Of a stretch of DNA of 29,969 nt, positions 7,338 through 13,721 are shown piece after piece (position 1 is the stretch's first letter; each line of letters starts with the position of its first letter). The DNA comes from a virus (Duplodnaviria > Caudoviricetes). The stretch covers positions 1 through 29,969 of IMG/VR virus record IMGVR_UViG_3300049137_000054, one strand, 5' to 3'. Both the position numbers and the translations under genes were made by a program. The notes below the pieces were generated by a model, which ran no database searches, had not been told where the DNA came from, and was given only the letters and a program-made list of their open reading frames with translations.

Positions 7338-8825
7338 TCACAGCGCCTGCCGGCGCCGTTCGATGGTGACGCTGGCCGGATCGAAGCCGGGCCCTCTGCG
7401 GGTGGTGGGATTCACGATCACCCGCAGCAGGGCCCGAACTGTTGCCGAGCGCACGTCCAGCGGCTCGTCCGCCCACTGCTCGGCGCTGATACCCACCATG
7501 CGCGAGAGCTGCTTGTCGACGGCCACCGCCTTGAGCCGGTTGCGCAGCATGGCGATCTTGGTGTCGAAGCTTGCGATGGCGGCCAAGGCGAGGCCTGCGT
7601 CGAGCCCGGGGTGATCGGCCAGGTTCTCGATCTGCTTCCGCCGGTCACGCCGTTGCCGCTCGAGCTCGGCGATTTCCGATACGAGCCCCTGGTCCGCTGT
7701 GACCGCGGCCAGTTCCTCACCCAACCGGGGATCCTGCAGCAGACGGAGGGCGCGCCCCTCGACGTACGCGTCCAGCAGCTCGACGCTCCGGCCCACCTTC
7801 TTGCAGCCCGGGCAGTAGTAGACCCGCGCCGTCTTCCGGTTCCGTCCACCAGATGGCTTCGTGCCCATGTACGTGCCGCACAGGCCACACTCGGCACCGC
7901 CGACCCCTGACAGCAGGTAAACCCGCTCACGCCCCGCGTACGGGCTCTCCTCGGCGCTCCGGCGGTACAGGGCCCGAACGTCTTCCCATGTCTCCCGGGA
8001 AAGGATGCCGTCCCACGCGGCCTCGTACAGCTGTCCGTCTCGCTCGATCAGCCCTGCGATCCGCGGGGAGAGCATCAGGTTCCGCAGGGTCTTGGCTCGC
8101 CAGAGGTTGCCCTCCGTGGTCCTGCAGGGCACAGCGTTCATCCACCGGACGACAGCCATCTGGTTCTGGCCCGCCAGCAGCTGCTCGGCGGCCTCCCGAA
8201 GGATGGCGGCCTCCTCGGGCACCTGCTGGTTGGTGTCGTACTCGGGGGCCTCGGTGCGCGTCCCCGTCTGTCGGTCCACCTTCGTGCGGGTGCCGACCAG
8301 GACGCCGTACCCGAACGGCCTGCGACCGCCGGCCTGGGTGAGTCCCTTCTCCAATCGAGCGGTGAGAGCGCGACGTACACGGCGGCTGGTGTTGTCCGAC
8401 TCGCGGCAGGCCTGCGCGGCCTCGATGCGCAGGATGAACCGATCGTCCGGGCTGTCGAGGTCCCGCGTACCGGAGGGCGACGCGATGCGCAGGCCCTTGG
8501 CGTCGGAGATGCTGATCAGCTTCTCGAGGTCGTGCGGCTGCCGGATGAGCCGGTCACCGTGGTAGACGATGATGCCGTCGATCTCGCCGTCGTCGATCGC
8601 CTGCAGCATCCGGTCCCACTGCGGCCGCTTTCGGTTTCTCTGCCATGCCGAGCGACTGTTGTCGGGAAAGATGTGAGCCTCGCTGATGGCCCAGTCGAGG
8701 CGCGCCGCAAGGTCCCTGCAATCGGCCTCCTGGCGCTCGACCTTCTCGAGCGATCCGTCCGGCGCGTACGAGAGCCGGCAGTAGATTCCCGCCCGCTGAG
8801 GGGGCGTCTGCATCCTGTGCATCAT
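7338..8825 (-). CDS. int: Large serine integrase
   Basis: Catalytic YCRLS, DN.RSA, RPQWDRML, DRLIR; recombinase domain (GGRRPFGY); zinc ribbon CGLCG...YYCPGC; coiled coil. Start uncertain among 8834, 8825, 8822 and 8813. Confidence 0.95.
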   Translation of the reverse strand: MMHRMQTPPQRAGIYCRLSYAPDGSLEKVERQEADCRDLAARLDWAISEAHIFPDNSRSAWQRNRKRPQWDRMLQAIDDGEIDGIIVYHGDRLIRQPHDLEKLISISDAKGLRIASPSGTRDLDSPDDRFILRIEAAQACRESDNTSRRVRRALTARLEKGLTQAGGRRPFGYGVLVGTRTKVDRQTGTRTEAPEYDTNQQVPEEAAILREAAEQLLAGQNQMAVVRWMNAVPCRTTEGNLWRAKTLRNLMLSPRIAGLIERDGQLYEAAWDGILSRETWEDVRALYRRSAEESPYAGRERVYLLSGVGGAECGLCGTYMGTKPSGGRNRKTARVYYCPGCKKVGRSVELLDAYVEGRALRLLQDPRLGEELAAVTADQGLVSEIAELERQRRDRRKQIENLADHPGLDAGLALAAIASFDTKIAMLRNRLKAVAVDKQLSRMVGISAEQWADEPLDVRSATVRALLRVIVNPTTRRGPGFDPASVTIERRRQAL

Positions 8826-8834
8826 GCCGAGCAA

Positions 8835-8888
8835 GTGTAGGTGTCTATGGACCTGTTAGGGAGCTAACGGGTCAGGAAACACCTATAC
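8835..8888. other. attP site for the serine integrase
   Basis: gtgtaggtgt-N5-gacctgttag-ggag-ctaacgggtc-N5-acacctatac. Both arm pairs are 9/10 inverted repeats about one axis (8861/8862), immediately upstream of int. Confidence 0.85.
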
Positions 8889-8914
8889 AAGCGCTGAGTG
8901 ATAGTCCCTGGTCA

Positions 8915-9030
8915 CAGCACCGAGCCCCCGGAGCACGGGCTCCAGGGGCTCGGCTGGCCGCTCCCGCCTGCCTGGGAGCAAGGACAGGGAGGGCCGTCTA
9001 TGGGAGGGGCGCTGGGCCCCACATGTTCTT
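8915..9030 (-). ncRNA. Possible small structured RNA
   Basis: Gap with no convincing ORF, divergent from the small XRE gene. Contains CU-rich tracts and two hairpins, ending in a strong stem-loop. No family recognised. Confidence 0.25.
8920..8953. terminator. GC-rich stem-loop next to attP
   Basis: ccgagcccc-c-ggagc-acgg-gctcc-a-ggggctcgg. Confidence 0.6.
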
Positions 9031-9092
9031 GATCGAAAAATGCGACAGGCCTGACGCTGACACAGCTTTGATCAAGTTCCACGGTTTGTCGA

Positions 9093-9323
9093 GTGCCGAG
9101 CGAAGACGAGTGGATCCATGACCGACGTCGGCAGCTCGGTGACCAGCTGCGTGAGCGCCGCCTGTACGCGAACTTGACCCAGGAGGCTTTGGCGGACCTG
9201 ACGGGCATCGATCGTCGGACGCTGCAGCGGTTCGAACGTGGCACCAGCGATCCCACGTACGGGCGTCTCCTTCGCATCGCCCGTGCCCTTGCCGTACCGG
9301 TCGAGGACCTCGTACGGGAGTAG
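9093..9323 (+). CDS. Small XRE-family HTH regulator
   Basis: LGDQLRERRLYANLTQEALADLTGIDRRTLQRFERGTSDPTYGRLLRIARALAVPVEDLV; no obvious RBS, possibly leaderless. Confidence 0.9.
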   Translation: MPSEDEWIHDRRRQLGDQLRERRLYANLTQEALADLTGIDRRTLQRFERGTSDPTYGRLLRIARALAVPVEDLVRE

Positions 9324-9364
9324 CCCCGGCCGGCCTGCGACGGGGGACGCAGACCGACCAGGGC
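9323..9364 (-). terminator. Terminator hairpin between convergent genes
   Basis: 17-bp stem that pairs fully only on the minus strand (three G-U pairs), 8-nt loop. Confidence 0.75.
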
Positions 9365-9380
9365 AGTCGAGGCCAACAGC

Positions 9381-9758
9381 TCACGCTGTGGGATGCGAGA
9401 GCGTCTCGTAGTGGCCGCACAGTGACACGACCGACATCGCGAGCTTCCTGGCGTGCCGACGGAAGGCGTCGTGGCCTGGGCCAGGCGTCGTGGTCAGCCT
9501 GCGCTGGGCCTCCATCACGCCGACGAGCGCCACCTGCGCCTCACGGTCCTCCGGGTGGCTGGCGCGGATGATGGCCTGGAGGTCGGCGATCAGGAGCTCG
9601 ATGTGCCCGCGCATCGTGATGGCGGCGACCTCCACCTCGCCGATGCTCAGCCGCTCGAGCAGTACCCGCCGGGCCGTCTCCTGCATCGTGAGGACGTCGA
9701 GCGGTAAGGCGGCCGCCTCCACGCCGGCGTCGAGCGTTCCTCTGCCGTCCTGTGTCAT
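9381..9758 (-). CDS. DUF6415-like helical protein containing a TTA codon
   Basis: PLDVLTMQETA...MRGHIELLI...EAQRRL...ARKLAMSVVSLCGHYETL recalls streptomycete DUF6415 (recognised from memory). In-frame TTA at 9707-9705. Confidence 0.75.
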   Translation of the reverse strand: MTQDGRGTLDAGVEAAALPLDVLTMQETARRVLLERLSIGEVEVAAITMRGHIELLIADLQAIIRASHPEDREAQVALVGVMEAQRRLTTTPGPGHDAFRRHARKLAMSVVSLCGHYETLSHPTA

Positions 9759-9822
9759 GGGTCCCACCTGACTGTCTCGGTAATCTCGTCATCACCGAAG
9801 GTAGGTACGCATGCGAGAGGCC

Positions 9823-9843
9823 AGGGGCAGCATTCCTGCCCCT
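9823..9843. promoter_or_regulatory. Perfect palindrome AGGGGCAG-N5-CTGCCCCT
   Basis: Lies about 20-40 nt upstream of a TACCTT -10-like hexamer (9803-9798) for the DUF6415-like gene. Could be an operator or a short terminator. Confidence 0.5.
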
Positions 9844-9858
9844 CGCTCATCCGTTCGG

Positions 9859-11109
9859 TTATGCGGCGAGCAGGCCCACCTTCGCCGCCAGTTGTGAAGC
9901 ACGCCGCCGGCGCTCGGGTGACTTCGCTTCGGTCTCCTCGAGGATGATCCGGCGGGCGTAGCCGTTGTAGCGGATCGTTTCCGGCGCGGCCTCGTGCGCG
10001 CGGTCCAACGTGTCGAGGGCGACGTCCGGTTGTCCGTCCAGCTGGTAGCCGCGGGCCTCCTCGATCCGGTGCCGGGCCAGGCGTGGCCGGGACGGGATCG
10101 CGGTGGCGTCGGCGCGCACGGCCTGGCGCACACTTTCGCCTCCGGCGCGCAGCTCGACGGCCACCGTGACGGCGTGGGCGCCCATGATGGCCCGGGAGAA
10201 GCTGGTGATGGGGTGGTAGTACGCGGCGTCCAGCTTGCGGGCGGCCTTGTCGGCCTTGTCCCACCACGCCCAGGCGGTGGCCGTCTCGCCGCGGCGGGCG
10301 GCCGTGTAGCCAGCCTCGAACTGGAGCGCTCCGGCGATGGCGATGACGCGGTCCTCGGCGGCCGCCAGGTGCGGCTCGAGGTAGCGCAGCGCCTCGAGGT
10401 TGACGGCGTCGGCTGCGTCGAAGTGCCGGGGGCCGGAGTCGCGGTGGGCCTGGGCGGCGAGCCAGGCGGCGACACCGATCGCGTGCGGGTCCTCGGACTC
10501 CTGTGCCGCGACCATGCCGCGCTCGGCGACGCGCCACAGCAGGGCAGAGTCGGGCTGATAGGCCACGAAGAACTGGCAGAGCGAGTACACCTCGGAGAGC
10601 ACGGCCTGCGCAGCGCGGCGCTCGGGAGCGGTGTCGGCATGGCGGACGGCCAGCTGCGCGTCGCGGATCAGGTCGGGCAGGAGCTCGCCGAGGACTTCGC
10701 GGTGGTTCGGCGCTGTGTGCCGGGCGGCCCAGGCGCGGGCAAGCCGGTGCTGCAGGTGGGCAGTTGGCGGCGGCGCCTGGTCGGCGGCAAGGGGGAAGGC
10801 GTCCACGGCGGCCTTCACGGCGGCGAGGCGCGGGTGCCCCGGGCCGATGAAGAGGTCGACGGGCGCGGTGACGTCTCCGGTCAGCTCGGAGAGGTCACGG
10901 ACGCGGAGAGCTTCGGCGATGCGCAGGATCATGGGCAACTTGGGGACGTGAATCTGGCCGGTCTCGATCTGCTTCAGCCAGGAGGGCGACATGCCGAGCA
11001 GCCCGGCGAGGACAGGGCGGCTCATGCCGCGGCGGGTGCGGAGAATTTGCACGCGTTGCCCGAACACCAGCTGGCTGGAGTACGGGTCGGGGGTAGCATC
11101 AGATGACAC
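9859..11109 (-). CDS. XRE-HTH regulator with large helical (TPR-like) C-terminal domain
   Basis: FGQRVQILRTRRGMSRPVLAGLLGMSPSWLKQIETG, then about 320 aa of Ala-rich helices; GTG 11109 after GAGAGGGG. Confidence 0.85.
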   Translation of the reverse strand: MSSDATPDPYSSQLVFGQRVQILRTRRGMSRPVLAGLLGMSPSWLKQIETGQIHVPKLPMILRIAEALRVRDLSELTGDVTAPVDLFIGPGHPRLAAVKAAVDAFPLAADQAPPPTAHLQHRLARAWAARHTAPNHREVLGELLPDLIRDAQLAVRHADTAPERRAAQAVLSEVYSLCQFFVAYQPDSALLWRVAERGMVAAQESEDPHAIGVAAWLAAQAHRDSGPRHFDAADAVNLEALRYLEPHLAAAEDRVIAIAGALQFEAGYTAARRGETATAWAWWDKADKAARKLDAAYYHPITSFSRAIMGAHAVTVAVELRAGGESVRQAVRADATAIPSRPRLARHRIEEARGYQLDGQPDVALDTLDRAHEAAPETIRYNGYARRIILEETEAKSPERRRRASQLAAKVGLLAA

Positions 11110-11187
11110 GGCCTTGCCCCTCTCTGAACAGCTCGACACTGTCAGGGTATGGGGCAGGGCCGATTCTCGTGAGCCCCATGGGGAATG

Positions 11188-11235
11188 ACGAAACCGCCCC
11201 CTCTCCGCCTGTGTGGCGGGAGGGGGCGGTTTCGT
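11188..11235 (-). terminator. Terminator closing the late/lysis operon
   Basis: acgaaaccgccccctc ... gagggggcggtttcgt perfect 16-bp arms directly after the collagen-like gene stop. Confidence 0.85.
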
Positions 11236-11868
11236 TCACGGGTACTGGCGGCGGGACGGATCGAGCGCCAGGGGCGAGGGCGCGGACGGTTCGTCTGGCG
11301 GTGGCGCACCGTCGCGCCGGCAGACGAGCGCGTCCGGGTCCCCCTTCGCGGGCTGCAGGCTGTACCCCTCGGGGCAGGTCTGCCCGTCGCGGCCGTCCTT
11401 GCCGTCGGCCCCGTCCTTCCCAGCGGGCCCCGGCGGCCCAGCGGGTCCTGCCGGTCCGCCAGGACCGGGCACGGTGGAGTCCGCACCAGGCGGTCCCGTG
11501 ACGGTGGCACCAGCAGGCCCGGGCGGCCCCGGCGCGGGGGTGAGGGTGGGTGCCGGCTTGCCGGACACTCCCGGCGGCCCGGGGGGCCCTGACACGGTTG
11601 ATGCAGGCCCCGGCGGTCCCGGGGGACCGGAGGGGCCGGGCACGGATTCGCCGGGCTCGCCGCGGGACCCGGGAGGGCCGGCCACCGGCTTGCCGCCCAG
11701 CTGCTGCACCTGCTGCGCCAGCGCGTCCCGGGCAGCGTTGGACTCACGGAGCTCGTGGGCCAGGTCCTGCACGGTGAACAGCGCGGCCCCAGCGAGGAGC
11801 GCACCGAGAACGGCCAGGAGGTCGCCCTGCCAGGACCAGCCACGGAACCGAGCGGAAAGGCGCTTCAC
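11236..11868 (-). CDS. Membrane-anchored collagen-like protein
   Basis: GTGA overlap; TM helix, coiled coil, interrupted G-X-Y repeats, C-terminal CPEGY...LVC. Confidence 0.85.
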   Translation of the reverse strand: MKRLSARFRGWSWQGDLLAVLGALLAGAALFTVQDLAHELRESNAARDALAQQVQQLGGKPVAGPPGSRGEPGESVPGPSGPPGPPGPASTVSGPPGPPGVSGKPAPTLTPAPGPPGPAGATVTGPPGADSTVPGPGGPAGPAGPPGPAGKDGADGKDGRDGQTCPEGYSLQPAKGDPDALVCRRDGAPPPDEPSAPSPLALDPSRRQYP

Positions 11869-12158
11869 GCTGCTGCCCCCTTCACCATCGTCGTCAGGTA
11901 CGGCAGGAGGACCGCGGCGACGGTGACAAGGGTGCCGATGATCCATCGCCTGGTGGCGGTGATCCGCTCGGTGTCCTTCTCCCGGCCCTGCTCGATTGCG
12001 GTGATCCGCTCGGTCATGGCCGTCTTCTCGATGGTGTAGACGTCGAGCGGGACGACCTTGTCCAGACGGGTGTTGAGCTGCCCGAGGTCCTCGCGGAACT
12101 CGGAGCGTAGCGACTGGATGAGCCGCCCGAGCTCACCGTTCGTCGGCTCATCAGTCAC
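11865..12158 (-). CDS. Lysis-cassette membrane protein (coiled coil plus C-terminal TM helix)
   Basis: EPTNGELGRLI...RRWIIGTLVTVAAVLLPYL; directly downstream of the holin. Confidence 0.8.
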   Translation of the reverse strand: MTDEPTNGELGRLIQSLRSEFREDLGQLNTRLDKVVPLDVYTIEKTAMTERITAIEQGREKDTERITATRRWIIGTLVTVAAVLLPYLTTMVKGAAA

Positions 12159-12172
12159 AGGGGTGGCTCCGT

Positions 12173-12385
12173 TCAGATGCGCGGGGTGTGCCGGGCCTTC
12201 CAGCCGGCCGCGAAGGTGAGGGCCGCGGGGACCAGGGCGAGCACGACCGGCTCGAGCGGGTCGGGCAGCGGCTCGATGAGCCCGGCGTCACCCTGGACGG
12301 CGGTGAGGATGGCGAGCAGGCCGGTGCTGCCGAGGTAGGCGGCGACGGTGGCCCAGCGGACCTTCTTCTCTACGGGTTCAGCCAC
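12173..12385 (-). CDS. Holin
   Basis: Two TM helices, PVEKKV...FAAGWKARHTPR; follows the endolysin; GTG after AAGGAG. Confidence 0.85.
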   Translation of the reverse strand: MAEPVEKKVRWATVAAYLGSTGLLAILTAVQGDAGLIEPLPDPLEPVVLALVPAALTFAAGWKARHTPRI

Positions 12386-12399
12386 GACGGGCTCCTTTC

Positions 12400-13272
12400 T
12401 CAATCGGTGAGGCGGCCGGACATCTTGTCCAGCAGCCGGTCGGCGATGGCGTCGGTCTGGGGTTCACCGATGCCTGTGGCCTCGATCGCCTTCACGTTGG
12501 CGTCGATGTCCTTCACGACCTGGTGCATGTCGCGCGGGTCGCCGTGGCCTACGTAGGTCCACGGGTCGCGGGCCAGCTTCTCCTCGATCCGCCGTACGGC
12601 GGCCGCCGTGTCGGTCAGGAGCTTCGCCTGCTCAGGGGTCATGTCGTCCTCCTCGGACGGGGTAGGGGTGGATCCGGCGGGGCGGCCGAGCCGGGCCCGG
12701 ATGCGGGCGCGCATGTCGGCCATGGAGAAGCCGCGCGGGTCGACCTTCCCGGGCTGCCACTCGAGGTGGCCGATGGTCGAGGCAGAACCCCAGCCGTACG
12801 CCCGGCAGATCGCGGCCGCGGCCTTCTCGATCGCCTCCAGCTGCGCGGCCGGCCAGGGGTCCTTGCCGTCGCCGAGGTTGATGCACTCGAAGCCGTAGAA
12901 GTGCCGGTTGCCGTCGGTGTTGGCCTCGTTGTCGGCGGGCAGCGGCCGCTCGTCAATGACGGCCTGGAGTACGTCGTCGTCGCCGAGGCCGGCGTGATTC
13001 GTGCGGCCGTTGCCCACCAGGTAGACGGTGCCGTCCTTGGCGATGACGCCGTGGCACAGCGGTCCGGGGAGCGAGGAGTGGCCGTTGTAGCAGAGCTCGA
13101 CGCTCTGCTGGGTGCCCTCGGTGACGGTGTGGTGGATCATCACGCCGTGCACCGGCCCCCACGGGCCCTTGTGGTTGCGGTTGTGCGTGCGCCACGACCG
13201 ATGCTCGACAACGCGCAGGCCCTCCTTGCGGAGGGCCTGGAGCAGCCGGTCAGCGGTCAGGGGTGTGGCCAT
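12400..13272 (-). CDS. Endolysin, N-acetylmuramoyl-L-alanine amidase (Amidase_2)
   Basis: GVMIHHT, HAGLG, YGFEC, IGHLEWQPGKVDP. ATG 13272 after GGAGG; the track ORF's 5' extension overlaps another gene. Confidence 0.92.
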   Translation of the reverse strand: MATPLTADRLLQALRKEGLRVVEHRSWRTHNRNHKGPWGPVHGVMIHHTVTEGTQQSVELCYNGHSSLPGPLCHGVIAKDGTVYLVGNGRTNHAGLGDDDVLQAVIDERPLPADNEANTDGNRHFYGFECINLGDGKDPWPAAQLEAIEKAAAAICRAYGWGSASTIGHLEWQPGKVDPRGFSMADMRARIRARLGRPAGSTPTPSEEDDMTPEQAKLLTDTAAAVRRIEEKLARDPWTYVGHGDPRDMHQVVKDIDANVKAIEATGIGEPQTDAIADRLLDKMSGRLTD

Positions 13273-13283
13273 ACGGCGCCCTC

Positions 13284-13712
13284 CTACTGGGGGTTGGTGA
13301 TGCGGCAGTCGTCCAGCCAGGCGACGCCTGGCGGGGTGCCTTCGGTCGGCAGGGACACCGTGAGGGCGCCGGACGACAGGAAGCCGAGCCGGACGCCGAA
13401 GTGATCGGAGTTGGCGGCGTAGACGGTGAAGCCGCGTTCGGTGGTCACCCGGTGGGCCGCGTCGAAGTTGAAGACGGTGGTGGTCGTCGCCACTGGGATG
13501 CCGGTGGTGCTGATACGGCCCTCGTACTCCCAGATCACGGTGCCGAGGATCCGGATCTTGTGCATCCGGGGGATCATCGTGCCGTTGCTGCCGTTGGCGG
13601 TGAAGGTGCCGAGCTGGTCCAGGGGGGTCCAGGGCATCAGCTCCTCGGCGATACGGGAGTTGAGCAGGAGGGCCGTGGCCTTCTGCCCGGCGAGGAACGG
13701 TGTCCACACCAT
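13284..13712 (-). CDS. Minor tail / receptor-binding-type protein
   Basis: FLAGQKATALLLN N-terminal motif typical of actinophage tail-fibre proteins; beta-rich body; follows the large tail protein. Confidence 0.7.
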   Translation of the reverse strand: MVWTPFLAGQKATALLLNSRIAEELMPWTPLDQLGTFTANGSNGTMIPRMHKIRILGTVIWEYEGRISTTGIPVATTTTVFNFDAAHRVTTERGFTVYAANSDHFGVRLGFLSSGALTVSLPTEGTPPGVAWLDDCRITNPQ

Positions 13713-13721
13713 CGGGTCTCC

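Noticed and set aside
8998-9033. Micro-ORFs MGGALGPTCS (+) and MWGPAPLP (-) as arbitrium-like signal peptides
   Set aside because: No signal sequence and too short to distinguish from chance.
11390-11680. Repetitive GC-rich DNA resembling a tandem repeat or CRISPR array
   Set aside because: Explained by Gly-Pro-X collagen codons; no constant repeat with unique spacers.
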